From Macrostomum lignano (taxonomy: Eukaryota), in contig NIVC01001126.1 in NCBI GenBank assembly GCA_002269645.1, forward strand, positions 263,687 through 327,686: 64,000 bases of DNA. The letters run 5' to 3'. Both the position numbers and the translations under genes were made by a program. The notes beneath the pieces were generated by a model that searched no databases, was not told the origin of the DNA, and saw only the letters and a list, made by a program, of their open reading frames with translations. Below, one piece after another: positions 1 to 13,180 of this stretch (positions are counted from its first letter, which is position 1; the number at the start of each line of letters is the position of its first letter).

Positions 1-607
1 TAGACTGCATTAGCAAGCCGGTATTACTGTTATTTAACACGAGCAAATGCTACTAAAAGTAGCAATTATTGAAAAATCGATGGGTATAAAATGAAGTCAA
101 GAAAGGTTGTTAAAAGTCACAAACGTTAGTTTCACTAAGCACTTCAAAATAGCTTATCAACATAACATTATTAAATTCCAAACGGCTAATTCATTAATTT
201 ATTATTTTTTAACTGAAATAATAGCACAACAGCAACAAGTAAACAACGTCAAAAATTATTTTAACACGATAAACCAGTGTATTTTAACTTGTAACTTGAA
301 TATTAATTTACCGCTAGAAACATAAATAATGACACACAGAGATACATTTAGTGGATGCTTTATGAGTGTCAGAGCGGAATACATAACGCAGAACTATTAA
401 ATATACACGATAATAGAGACAAAACCATTAAAGAAACCAAACACCGAGAAGGAACAGCTAGATAAGTAAAATGGGTTAACTGTCAAAATTGCAGTAATGC
501 TGGTGAAGCGAAGCATAAAACAAAATGTTGATTAAAACAATTTATTTAACGAAAGCAGAACAAAAAAAACCAACGCCGAAAAAACATCGCACAAAAGCTC
601 GCTCCAA

Positions 608-895
608 TCTAAAAATAGCCAACCAATCAGACGCGACCAAGCCACTATCGCACGCGTACTACGCAGCCACCTCACTCCAGTCTAAAAATAGTCAGCCAAA
701 ATTAGACACCACCAAGCCACTATCGCACGCGTACTACGCAGCCACCTCACTCCAGTCTAAAAATAGTCAGCCAATCAGAAGCGGCCAAGCCACTATCGCA
801 CTCGTACTACGCAGCCAATCCACTCCATCCACAGTCACTTCACTCCAGTCTAAAAATAGCCAGCCAATCAGACGCGATCAAGCCACTGTCGCACG
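608..895. repeat. Four degenerate ~70-90 bp tandem copies overlapping the SRPRB stop codon and 3' UTR
   Basis: Unit tctaaaaatagccaaccaatcagacgcgaccaagccactatcgcacgcgtactacgcagccacctcactccag; the last copy contains the terminal codons. Confidence 0.85.
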
Positions 896-992
896 CAGGT
901 GACGTCGTCCAAAGCTGAGCAGCAGGCGAAATCCACTTGACAGCCGGAGTCCGTGAATTCAAATTTTTTACCCTCTCGACCGAGGCGGCGCT
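868..992 (-). CDS. SRPRB: SRPRB exon 2 (not in ORF track frame)
   Basis: Acceptor ctttaaag|AG. Phase-1 join gives ERRLGREGKKFEFTDSGCQVDFACCSALDDVTCVRQWLDRV*, matching the SRbeta C-terminus (LGKxGKxFEF...CSA...WL). Confidence 0.88.
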
Positions 993-1256
993 CTTTAAAG
1001 TGGATAAATTTATGAAGTAAAAAAATCGAATTAAAATTGAACTAAAAATATACAAAATATTAAGAAGATTACGTGATCTACGGAAACTCTGCGGATAAAA
1101 CGTCACGTGACGCATTAAAAAAGAAAGTCACGTGACCAACAAGGAAAGCCTATACATCACGTGATCTACAGAAAAATCTGGAAATCACGTGACTCACTGC
1201 GGGTACAATAAAAAACGCCATAAGATAAGCCAGCTGAGCTAAATCCCTTCACTCAC

Positions 1257-1872
1257 CGGCAGATCCACCGCTGAGGCCGGCCAGAGCGCCAGCCCTGGTA
1301 GTTCGCAGAGTCTCCAATTCGCGTTCCAAAGCCAATCGAACATAAGCGTCAGTTTTGGCCATAGCCTGATCCTGCTTATTGCACAGAATCAAAACCTTAG
1401 TCCGGCCCTGAATATCCGATTCGGTCAGCAGATTATAGAGACACTCGGCGCAATCTTTCAATTCTTTAGCAATCGAATTGGCATCAATAACAAAGACTAC
1501 AGCTCTGGCGCTAGACTTGTACTTGTCCAGGTACTGCCTGCGCAGGCGTTCGTGACCGGGCAGGTCAACTACCCTCAACCGGCGCTTAGAAGCGGCTGTG
1601 CCAACAGCCAAGGGCTCGGATTGGTTGGCTTGCATAGAAGTCACAGTTGGCAGGGGTTTCGAATGCACCAACTGGCTGTACAGAGTAGTCTTGCCGGAGT
1701 CGCTAATGCCGCACAATAGTACCGTATTGCGCTGGCTTCTACGGCGTAACCATAGCAACAGATACACAACTAGTGGGGCTAGTAGGGCGATTAAAGTAAC
1801 AGCGGCTACTGACACCTGCTGGTATTTGATTGGACCGGCCTCTGAGGGCAGCGCTGACATGATTTGATCCAT
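1257..1872 (-). CDS. SRPRB: Signal recognition particle receptor beta, exon 1
   Basis: N-terminal TM helix, P-loop GISDSGKTT, DLPGHERLR, NKQD. Ends at donor GCCG|gtgagt (intron 993-1256). Confidence 0.93.
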
Positions 1873-1924
1873 GCGGGAGGAATTACAGGTGCAAAAATAT
1901 ATGCAGAACTGTCACTAGAGAAAG

Positions 1925-2460
1925 TACGATGTTACTGCTAGGCTAATCTTAATGGGGATTCTAATCACTGCTACGCTAATTCTAATGGGAATTCTAAGCA
2001 CTGCTATGCTAATCCTAATGGGGATTCTAATCACTGCTACGCTAATTCTAATGGGAATTCTAAGCACTGCTATGCTAATCCTAATGGGGATTCTAATCAC
2101 TGCTACGCTAATTCTAATGGGAATTCTAAGCACTGCTATGCTAATCCTAATGGGGGATTCTAACCACTGCCATGCTAATCCTAATGGGGATTCTAATCAC
2201 TGCCATGCTAATCCTAATGGGGATTCTAATCACTGCTATGCTAATCCAATGGGGATTCTAATCACTGCTACGCTAATCCTAATGAGGATTCTAATCACTG
2301 CTATGCTAATCCTAATGGGGATTTTAATCACTGCTACGCTAATTCTAATGGGGATTCTAATCACTGCTATGCTAATTCTAATGGGGATTCTAATCACTGC
2401 TATGCTAATTCTAATGGGGATTCTAATCACTGCTATGCTAATTCTAATGGGGATTCTAAC
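1925..2460. repeat. 33-bp minisatellite upstream of SRPRB
   Basis: Unit ctgctatgctaatcctaatggggattctaatca. Confidence 0.95.
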
Positions 2461-3114
2461 CGACAATATTAACATAAATAAATAAGCCAATAATAATGTG
2501 TAAACTTTAGGTAATATATGCAAAGTTATTCAAAAATTAGTAAATTAAAAATAATTCAATTTATGAAGCACCGCATTAAGAATGATAGCGCGATAACAAA
2601 ATATAAAGGAAACATCTAAGACAAAATGTTTAAATCAGGACGGATGTTGAAAAAAAGTACAATTTATGGAACAGAAACTCTGGGATAAAAAGCAACAGAG
2701 AAAATAATGAGCAACCTTTAACTTAAAAAAGCACTTGAATTGTTAAACAAATTTTTAATTCAAAGACAGCTTTTAGCAGCACTTATTCGGTAGCAGAACA
2801 ATTTCACAATCCTGACTACTCAAAAGTAGTTAGTAGGATTAAAAAAATAAAACGTAAGTTTTTTTGTTTATTTACAAGCACCAAAAATAGGTCGGCATTT
2901 GGAGCTGTCTTGGAGATGTCCGTGGCATGCTGATGCCAATGTTTGTGAACTACGAGCGTATTGTCAATTAAAGTGAACTTTTTGAAACTCAAAATAAGAA
3001 GCTATTATAGCTCAAAACATTTTTTGGTTCAAGCAGACCATCTAGAAGTGGCACTCTAAAAAAAACTGCCTCTAAAAGCGTCACCAAGAAAACAGACACC
3101 ACATGGAAGCACTA

Positions 3115-3410
3115 TGGAAAATTGTCACTCTTGAAACCCTCCAAAAGTGTCATCATTAAAACACCCTCCAAAATTGTCACTCTTGAAACACCCTCCAAAA
3201 GTGTCACTCTTGAAACACCCTCCAAAATTTTCACTCTTGAAACACCATCCAAAAGTGTCAATCTTGAAACACCCTCCAAAATTGTCACTCTTGAAACACC
3301 ATCCAAAAGTATCACTCTTGAAACACCCTAGAAAATTGTCACTCTTGAAACACCATCCAAAAGTGTCACTCTTGAAACACCCTCCAAAATTGTCACTCTT
3401 GAAACACTCT
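3115..3410. repeat. 27-bp minisatellite
   Basis: Unit aaaattgtcactcttgaaacaccctcc, about 10 copies. Confidence 0.92.
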
Positions 3411-3600
3411 CATCACTTGTCTATATATATCTACATTGAAACCATTCCAGTCGCTTTGTAATGCTACTATTTAAGTTGGCATAATGGTTTGACGATATGT
3501 ATCGAAATGAAATATAATATTGCGATTCCAACGGTAGCTTTTGTGCGCAGAAAATAATCCAAATCCAATAGGCAGGCGGACTGTCCGACAAGTCAGCTGA

Positions 3601-4116
3601 TCACGAGCTACTCTGGTATCGCTGGATCAGCTTAGAAACTGGGGCGACGCTGTCTGCAACAACAGAGGACCCTTCTTCGCCTGCCCCAGCGACTGTCTCC
3701 TTGGCTTGTGCTTTGGCACGGATCTCTCTATACTTAGCCAGAAACTCCGGTCCCGACTCCGCGCCGGTCGACATAGTCGTCCTAGCGGCGTCGCTCAATC
3801 GACGCTGTCGTTCGCGTAATACTTTAGACAGTTCAGCCGAAGTGCTTTGCTGCTGCTGCTGCTGCGGGCCGACAACAAATTTGAGTTCGCGAAGCATCTC
3901 CCACTGTTGGGAGCCGCACCTCGGCCGGGCCGGCCGGGAAACTGGCAACTCGGAACTGTCGCTTCCGCTAGATCTTTTTGGAAACGGAAATGAAGGACCG
4001 GGAAGCACAGCCCGAGAGTCGCTGTCATAGTCTGGCGTCGGATAGAACGCGTCGTCGTCGTTATTAACGTTGTCATGGTAACCAAATCCGCTCGATGCCG
4101 ATTGACTGTTGGCCAT
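3601..4116 (-). CDS. Intronless 171-aa protein, polyQ, weak FAM107/DUF1151-like motifs
   Basis: GC-rich island in AT-rich flanks, ATG to TGA, CAG-type polyQ as in neighbouring genes; motifs ELSKVLRERQRRL and PEFLAKYREIR. Confidence 0.6.
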   Translation of the reverse strand: MANSQSASSGFGYHDNVNNDDDAFYPTPDYDSDSRAVLPGPSFPFPKRSSGSDSSELPVSRPARPRCGSQQWEMLRELKFVVGPQQQQQQSTSAELSKVLRERQRRLSDAARTTMSTGAESGPEFLAKYREIRAKAQAKETVAGAGEEGSSVVADSVAPVSKLIQRYQSSS

Positions 4117-5039
4117 GTTGATATTTGGATGGCCAATTTTAGCATGATTTGAGTGACGTCATAAATGATACTTGAGCAATTTTCCAATGCTACCTATTGA
4201 GTCTAAATGACTGTAAAATGAAGCTAAATGATGATTAGATGATGATTGATGATACAAAATGATTATTAGATGATTGATGAAGCTAGATGATTATTAGATG
4301 ATGACTGATGATGCCAAATGATTATTAGAAAATAATTGATAATGAATGATAACTTTGATACAGTATTTAAAATCCCTAATTGCTAAGAATTACTAGCAGC
4401 TCTTAAATTCTGATAAATTACACCAACAACATAGATATCAATAACAGTAAAATAAAATCCACTGTCAAGAGGACAGATTCAAATAAAAAATGAATCGAAA
4501 TGCACCTAAATTCGATTTTGAATGACCGCTACTTATAGTAGTAGCAGTGGTATTATTATTATTAGCTCGATTTCAACAAATAAATTGCCAACCAAGTAAA
4601 TTACCAACATACAAATCGAACGAATGTTGTTTTTTGAAAAGTAGAAAACATTGAATTATTAAAGAACAAAACAGTTCTGCGAATCGATGACGTTTGTCAG
4701 GTAAAAATTTTTTTTGCTCAGCGGAAGATCTAGAATAATGCAACTTATTAGAATTCAATAAAGCTGGTGGACAAACAGCGAACACTTATTGTATATTAAT
4801 TTATTATTTACTAGGAAAATAGATGGATCACGAAAGCAAAGCAGACAAATACACAAGCCTTTGAATACCTTCAATGTTTTAAGTCCTGGGCAAGTTATAG
4901 AAAACTTTCTGTAAAGGCTCTTATAAATCGTAGCATGCTACTAAATAACAAGGTGAACTAAAATAAACGGTAAAAAATTGATTTGGATCACTTGGAATGG
5001 AGAGCAGCTAGAGAGATACATAGAAAAACACAGAGAGTG

Positions 5040-5570
5040 GCTGAAATAAATCTATAAAGAAAGGAGAGAAGAGATATTATGAGAGTGAGGAGAGGGAGAA
5101 AGGAGGAAGAGGGGAGAAGAGAGGGTACAGTGAGAAAAGAGAGGGAGAGGAGAGAAGAGAGGGAAAGGAGAGGAGGAGAAAAGAGAAGGAGAGGGGAGAG
5201 AGTTGACGGGAGAAGAGATAGCGCAAGAAGAGAAGAGAGGGAGAAGAGATAGACAGAAAAGAGAGGGAGAAGAGATACACAGAGAAGAGAAGAGAGGGAG
5301 AAGAGATAGACAGAAAAGAGAGGGAGAAGAGATACACAGAGAAGAGAAGAGAGGGAGAAGAGATAGACAGAGAAGAGAAGAGAGGGAGAAGAGATAGACA
5401 GAGAAGAGAAGAGAGGGAAAGGAGAGGAGGAGAAAAGAGAGGGAGAAGAGATACACAGAGAAGAGAAGAGAGGGAGAAGAGATAGACAGAGAAGAGAAGA
5501 GAAGAGAGGGAGAAGAGATACACAGAGAAGAGAAGAGAAGAGATATACAGAGAAGAGACGCAGAAGAATA
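5040..5570. repeat. Purine-rich (GA) low-complexity tract with a 31-bp repeat core
   Basis: Core unit agagaagagaagagagggagaagagatacac, about 5225-5555. Confidence 0.9.
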
Positions 5571-5893
5571 GATGGAATGCTTGAGACCAAGAGACTGTTG
5601 TGAAGTACACCAGAAACGCGAGTGTGAGAGAGAGATGGAGCAAAGCCATAGGCTATTGTAGCGAAACTGACACAGCAAAATGCGAAGCAAACAAAAGACA
5701 CAGAGGACAAAAAAACAACACTGAAAACACAGACTAGCAGAAGGGACACTTGGAAATGCGGGCACAATGACTGATATTACACTGTATTCTATAAACTGAG
5801 ACCACAATTACACACGCGAGAGTACGAGAATTATATTATAGTATAGTTATTATTATTATTATTATACCAGTTTGACAAGGTAATTTTTTTAGT

Positions 5894-6165
5894 TCAAGCC
5901 TCATCAGACAACACAGCTCGCAGGTAATTGCCCAGACAGATCTCCGGTTCCTGATTTTGTTCGTAACTCTGAATAAACGCGTGCTTCAACAGGCTCTCTA
6001 AGCCCAGCCGTTCTTTAGGATTTTTGCGCAGACAACAATCCACAAAGTCGCAGATATTTTCACTGAAAGCAAAGCTGGGCAGCTTCGGCGGCTGCTGATA
6101 AACAATGTAGGATAGCAGCTCGAATATGGCCATCTGCTTCGGCCCGTTCTGGGGCGGCTCCATGC
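5894..6165 (-). CDS. MAP2K1: MEK1/2 exon 5 (last)
   Basis: Acceptor ccgcag|GC; [19 protein letters not shown]...[13 protein letters not shown] is the MEK C-lobe; TGA at 5894-5896. Confidence 0.93.
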
Positions 6166-6180
6166 CTGCGGTAGCGAGGG

Positions 6181-8050
6181 GGGCGATTCTTAGTATTGAT
6201 ATACAGTATTATGATACTGCTTGTAGGGGCGATTCTCAATGTTTTTGGGGCGATTCTTAGTATTGATATACAGTATTATGATACTGCTTGTAGGGGCGAT
6301 TCTCAATGTTTTTGGGGCGATTCTTAGTATTGATATACAGTATTACGATACTGCTTGTAGGGGCGATTCTCAATGTTTTTGGGGCGATTCTTAGTATTGA
6401 TATACAGTATTACGATACTGCTTGTAGGGGCGATTCTCAATGTTTTTGGGGCGATTCTTAGTATTGATATACAGTATTACGATACTGCTTGTAGGGGCGA
6501 TTCTCAATGTTTTTGGGGCGATTCTTAGTATTGATATACAGTATTACGATACTGCTTGTAGGGGCGATTCTCAATGTTTTTGGGGCGATTCTTAGTATTG
6601 ATATACAGTATTACGATACTGCTTGTAGGGGCGATTCTCAATGTTTTTGGGGCGATTCTTAGTATTGATATACAGTATTACGATACTGCTTGTAGGGGCG
6701 ATTCTCAATGTTTTTGGGGCGATTCTTAGTATTGATATACAGTATTACGATACTGCTTGTAGGGGCGATTCTCAATGTTTTTGGGGCGATTCTTAGTATT
6801 GATATACAGTATTATGATACTGCTTGTAGGGGCGATTCTCAATGTTTTTGGGGCGATTCTTAGTATTGATATACAGTATTACGATACTGCTTGTAGGGGC
6901 GATTCTCAATGTTTTTGGGGCGATTCTTAGTATTGATATACAGTATTACGATACTGCTTGTAAGGGCGATTCTCAATGTTTTTGGGGCGATTCTTAGTAT
7001 TGATATACAGTATTACGATACTGCTTGTAGGGGCGATTCTCAATGTTTTTGGGGCGATTCTTAGTATTGATATACAGTATTATGATACTGCTTGTAGGGG
7101 CGATTCTCAATGTTTTTGGGGCGATTCTTAGTATTGATATACAGTATTACGATACTGCTTGTAGGGGCGATTCTCAATGTTTTTGGGGCGATTCTTAGTA
7201 TTGATATACAGTATTATGACACTGCTTGTAGGGGCGATTCTCAATGTTTTTGGGGCGATTCTTAGTATTGATATACAGTATTACGATACTGCTTGTAGGG
7301 GCGATTCTCAATGTTTTTAAGGCGATTCTTAGTATTGATATACAGTATTACGATACTGCTTGTAGGGGCGATTCTCAATGTTTTTGGGGCGATTCTTAGT
7401 ATTGATATACAGTATTATGATACTGCTTGTAGGGGCGATTCTCAATGTTTTTGGGGCGATTCTTAGTATTGATATACAGTATTACGATACTGCTTGTAGG
7501 GGCGATTCTCAATGTTTTTGGGGCGATTCTTAGTATTGATATACAGTATTACGATACTGCTTGTAGGGGCGATTCTCAATGTTTTTGGGGCGATTCTTAG
7601 TATTGATATACAGTATTACGATACTGCTTGTAGGGGCGATTCTCAATGTTTTTGGGGCGATTCTTAGTATTGATATACAGTATTACGATACTGCTTGTAG
7701 GGGCGATTCTCAATGTTTTTGGGGCGATTCTTAGTATTGATATACAGTATTACGATACTGCTTGTAGGGGCGATTCTCAATGTTTTTGGGGCGATTCTTA
7801 GTATTGATATACAGTATTATGATACTGCTTGTAGGGGCGATTCTCAATGTTTTTGGGGCGATTCTTAGTATTGATATACAGTATTACGATACTGCTTGTA
7901 GGGGCGATTCTCAATGTTTTTAAGGCGATTCTTAGTATTGATATACAGTATTACGATACTGCTTGTAGGGGCGATTCTCAATGTTTTTGGGGCGATTCTT
8001 AGTATTGATATACAGTATTATGATACTGCTTGTAGGGGCGATTCGCAATG
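6181..8050. repeat. 67-bp minisatellite, about 28 near-identical copies (MEK intron 4)
   Basis: Unit ggggcgattcttagtattgatatacagtattacgatactgcttgtaggggcgattctcaatgttttt. Confidence 0.97.
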
Positions 8051-9475
8051 TTTTTGGGGCGATTCTCAATGATTTCTTGGGGCGATTTCAATGTTTTTGG
8101 GGCGATTCTCAATGTTTATTGGGCGATTCTTAATGATTTTTGGGGCGATTCTCAATGATTTCTTGGAACGATTTTCAATGTTTTTGGGGCGATTCTCGAT
8201 GATTTCTTGGAGCGATTCTCAATGTTTATTGGGCGATTCTTAATGATTTTTGGGGCGATTCTCAATGATTTCTTGGGGCGATTCTCAATGATTTCTTGGG
8301 GCGATTCTCAATGTTTTTGGGCGATTCTCAATGTTTTTGGGGCGATTATCGATGATTTCTTGCGGCGATTATCGATGATTTCTTGGGGCGATTTTCAATG
8401 TTTTTGAGGCGATTCTCGATGTTTTTGGGGCGATTCTCAATGTTTATTGGGCGATTCTTAATGATTTTTGGGGCGATTCTCAATGATTTCTTGGGGCGAT
8501 TTTCAATGTTTTTGGGGCGATTATCGATGATTTCTTGGGGCGATTTTCAATGTTTTTGGGGCGATTATCGATGATTTTTCGCGGCGATTATCGATGATTT
8601 CTTGGGGCGATTTTCAATGTTTTTGAGGCGATTCTCGATGTTTTTGGGGCGATTCTCAATGTTTATTGGGCGATTCTTAATGATTTTTGGGGCGATTCTT
8701 AATGATTTTTGGGGCGATTCTCAATGATTTCTTGGGGCGATTCTCAATGATTTCTTGGGGCGATTCTCAATGATTTCTTGGGGCGATTCTCAATGTTTTT
8801 GGGCGATTCTCAATGATTTCTTGGGGCGATTCTCAATGTTTTTGGGGCGATTCTCGATGTTTTTGGGGCGATTCTCGATGATTTCTTGGGGCGATTTTCA
8901 ATGTTTTCTTGGGGCGATTCTCAATGATTTCTTGGGGCGATTTCAATGTTTTTGGGGCGATTCTCAATGTTTATTGGGCGATTCTTAATGATTTTTGGGG
9001 CGATTCTCAATGATTTCTTGGGGCGATTCTCAATGATTTCTTGGGGCGATTCTCAATGTTTTTGGGCGATTCTCAATGATTTCTTGGAACGATTTTCAAT
9101 GTTTTTGGGCGATTCTCAATGATTTCTTGGGGCGATTCTCAAAGTTTTTTTGGGCGATTCTTAATGATTTTTGGGGCGATTCTCAATGATTTCTTGGGGC
9201 GATTCTCAATGATTTCTTGGGGCGATTCTCAATGTTTTTGGGCGATTCTTAATGATTTTTGGGGCGATTCTCAATGATTTCTGGGGCGATTCTCAATGTT
9301 TATGGGGCGATTCTCACTGCTTTTTGAGCGATTCTTAATGTTTATGGGGCGATTCTCACTGCTTTTTGAGCGATTCTCAATGTTTTCTTGGGGCGATTCT
9401 CACTGCTTTTTAGGGGTGATTCTCACTGCTTTTTAGGGGCGATTCTCACTGCTTTTTAGGGGCGATTCTCACTAA
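8051..9475. repeat. 20-23 bp degenerate minisatellite (MEK intron 4)
   Basis: Units ggggcgattctcaatgttttt and ggggcgattctcaatgatttctt. Confidence 0.95.
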
Positions 9476-10009
9476 CAATGTCAAAGGATGATGAAAACAG
9501 CTTTTAAAATGTCAGATTCGCACATAAATTATAAGTTTCAGACAGTTTAAAATTATGCATAAAAATGTCAGTCTAAATTTCTAAGAAATGCATACACATT
9601 CGCAACGTTGCGCTTTTTCATCTTCCTGGATTGGTTCTGATTTTTATCTTGCTTTCTACCCAGTCCTTTCAGTGCCCTGAGTGGCGTGCAGAAGTGGAGC
9701 TTTGTAAAACGGGGATTAAGCGAAAAAGAAATCGCCGAGTAGCATGGGAACTGGCCAAGATGATCACAAGATGACGAGAGAGACGGACAGAGCATATTGG
9801 ACGCACTTTTATTTTGAACACCAAACCGACAGCGGGTGCCGAACAAGGCTGGGATGATTGAGTTTTTCGAGGGGCAATTCTACAGACAAATATTGCATAT
9901 CGATTCTCTTTGCAATGTCCTGAGATCATGAAGAGTGACGGGACGCATTAATTAACAAGCAAAATCTATGTCATTAAAATGAAGAGATTGATTTTAAATC
10001 ATTTTAAAT

Positions 10010-10970
10010 GCCATGTCAGGATTATACTAAATGCGATGTCAGGATTATACTAAATGCGATGTCAGGATGATACTAAATGTGATTTCAGGATGATACTAAA
10101 TGTGATGTCAGTATGCTACTAAATGTGATGTCAGTATGCTACTAAATGTGATTTCAGTATGCTACTAAATGTGATGTCAGTATGCTAATAAATGTGATGT
10201 TAGTATGCTAAGAAATGTGATTTCAGGATGATACTAAATGTGATGTCAGTATGCTAAGAAATGTGATGTCAGTATGCTACTAAATGTGATGTCAGGATGA
10301 TACTAAATGCCATGTCAGGATTATACTAAATGTGATTTCAGGATGATACTAAATGCGATGTCAGAATGATACTAAATGCCATGTCAGGATGATACTAAAT
10401 GCCATGTCAGGATGATACTAAATGCCATGTCAGGATGATACTAAATGCGATGTCAGAATGATACTAAATGCGATGTCAGGATGATACTAAATGCGATGTC
10501 AGGATGATACTAAATGTGATTTCAGGATGATACTAAATGTGATTTCAGGATGATACTAAATGTGATGTCAGTATGCTAATAAATGTGATGTCAGTATGCT
10601 AAGAAATGTGATGTCAGGATGATACTAAATGCGATGTCAGGATGATACTAAATGTGATTTCAGGATGATACTAAATGTGATGTCAGTATGCTAATAAATG
10701 TGATGTCAGTATGCTAAGAAATGTGATGTCAGTATGCTACTAAATGTGATGTCAGTATGCTAAGAAATGTGATGTCAGTATGCTACTAAATGTGATGTCA
10801 GGATGATACTAAATGTGATGTCAGGATGATACTAAATGTGATGTCAGGATGATACTAAATGCCATGTCAGGATGATACTAAATGTGATGTCAGTATGATA
10901 CTAAATGTGATTTCAGGCTGATACTAAATGTGATGTCAGGATGATACTAAATGTGATTTCAGGATGATAC
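10010..10970. repeat. 23-bp minisatellite (MEK intron 4, next to the donor)
   Basis: Unit tgatgtcaggatgatactaaatg, with variant tgatgtcagtatgctactaaatg. Confidence 0.95.
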
Positions 10971-10980
10971 TCTCGCTCAC

Positions 10981-11306
10981 CTCTCAGCCGCGTGCCCTTA
11001 ACAGCGGCCTCCCTATGCTCGGCCAGATTTCTTTGGCGGTCGCTGCTGAAAGCGCTGGTGTAGTCCCGGCTATCCGGCTGCGGAATGGGATAGCGACCAG
11101 TGGCCAGCTCGACCAGGCTTAGGCCCATAGACCAAACGTCAGACAATATTGAGTACTCTTCGCCATTGAGTCGTTCCGGCGCCATATAGGACCGGGTGCC
11201 AACGAAACTGTTGGCCAGACTGTCGATTAGCTGGCCGGAGACGCCAAAATCGCACAGTTTGCAGTCGCCTTCCAGACTAACCAGGATGTTGGAGGGCTTC
11301 ACGTCT
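10981..11306 (-). CDS. MAP2K1: MEK1/2 exon 4
   Basis: ctag|A GAC GTG: [38 protein letters not shown] (SxANS activation loop); donor AGAG|gtgagc. Confidence 0.96.
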
Positions 11307-11424
11307 CTAGAAATATTCATGATGGATATATTGATTAGACCTGAATGAAGCATCAATTATGAGGGACATCTTGTATTGCCTCTAATATACATATAGGTCT
11401 GTCTGACGCCAATTAGGAATGCTG

Positions 11425-13180
11425 TAGACTTGTGTCGCTAATGATGTCGTCAATTGTGTCGCTAATGATGTCGTCAATTGTCTCACTAATGATGTCGTCA
11501 ATTGTGTCGCTAATAATTTTGTCAATTGTGTCGCTAATGATGTCGTCAATTGTGTCGCTAATGATGTCGTCAATTGTGTCCTAATGATGTCGTCAATTGC
11601 GTCGCTAATAATTTTGTCAATTGTGTCGCTAATGATGTCGTCAATTGTGTCGCTAATAATTTTGTCAATTGTGTCGCTAATGATGTCGTCAATTGTGTCG
11701 CTAATAATGTCGTCAATTGTGTCGCTAATAATGTCGTCAATTGTGTCGCTAATGATGTCGTCAATTGTGTCGCTAATGATGTCGTCAATTGTGTCGCTAA
11801 TAATTTTGTCAATTGTGTCGCTAATGATGTCGTCAATTGTGTCGCTAATAATTTTGTCAATTGTGTCGCTGATGTCGTCAATTGTGTCGCTAATAATTTT
11901 GTCAATTGTGTCGCTAATGATGTCGTCAATTGTGTCGCTAATAATGTCGTCAATTGTGTCGCTAATAATATCGTCAATTGTGTCACTAATGATGTCGTCA
12001 ATTGTGTCACTAATGATGTCGTCAATTGTGTCGCTAATGATGTCGTCAATTGTGTCGCTAATGATGTCGTCAATTGTGTCGCTAATGATGTCGTCAATTG
12101 TGTCGCTAATGATGTCGTCAATTGTGTCGCTAATAATGTCGTCAATTGTGTCGCTAATAATGTCGTCAATTGTGTCGCTAATAATTTTGTCAATTGTGTC
12201 GCCAATGATGTCGTCAATTGTGTCGCTAATAATGTCGTTAATTGTGTCGCTAATGATGTCGTCAATTGTGTCGCTAATAATGTCGTCAATTGTGTCGCTA
12301 ATAATGTCGTCAATTGTGTCGCTAATAATGTCGTCAATTGTGTCGCTAATAATGTCGTCAATTGTGTCGCTAATGATGTCGTCAGTTGGGACGCTAATGA
12401 TGTTGTCAGTTGTGACGCTAATGATGATGCTGAATTGTGACGCTAATGATGATGCTGAATTGTGACGCTAATGATGATGCTGAATTGTGACGCTAATGAT
12501 GATGCTGAATTGTGACGCTAATGATGATGCTGAATTGTGACGCTAATGATGCTTAATTGTGACGCTAATGATGATGCTGAATTGTGACGCTAATGATGAT
12601 GCTGAATTTTGACGCTAATGATGATGCTGAATTGTGACGCTAATGATGATGCTGAATTGTGACGCTAATGATGATTCTCAATTATGACACTAATGATGAT
12701 TCTCAATTGTGACGCTAATGATGATTCTCAATTATGACACTAATGATGATTCTCAATTGTGACATTAATGATGATTCTCAATTGTGACACTAATGATGAT
12801 TCTCAATTGTGACACTAATGATGATTCTCAATTATGACACTAATGATGATGCTGAATTGTGACGCTAATGATGATGCTTAATTGTGACGCTAATGATGAT
12901 GCTGAATTGTGACGCTAATGATGATGCTGAATTTTGACGCTAATGATGATGCTGAATTGTGACGCTAATGATGATGCTGAATTGTGACGCTAATGATGAT
13001 TCTCAATTGTGACGCTAATGATGATGCTTAATTGTGACGCTAATGATGATTCTCAATTGTGACACTAATGATGATGCTGAATTGTGACGCTAATGATGAT
13101 GCTGAATTGTGACGCTAATGATGATGCTGAATTGTGACGCTAATGATGATGCTGAATTGTGACGCTAATGATGCTGACTA
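11425..13180. repeat. 24-bp array grading into a 25-bp array (MEK intron 3)
   Basis: gtcgctaatgatgtcgtcaattgt to about 12400, then gacgctaatgatgatgctgaattgt. Confidence 0.96.

Noticed and set aside
4988-5807. Hydrophobic L/S/F-rich ORFs resembling membrane proteins (also 27702-28341 and 36865-37347)
   Set aside because: They are translations of CT-rich low-complexity DNA.
6181-8050. Regular repeat array as a possible CRISPR
   Set aside because: There are no unique spacers or cas genes, and the array lies in a spliceosomal intron; the same applies to all other arrays here.
9568-9929. Unique GC-richer island in MEK intron 4 as an extra exon
   Set aside because: Exons 4 and 5 join in frame without it, and I saw no kinase-like or other recognisable motif.
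11570-12465. Long repetitive ORFs (263-293 aa)
   Set aside because: They are open frames produced by a 24-bp unit inside MEK intron 3.
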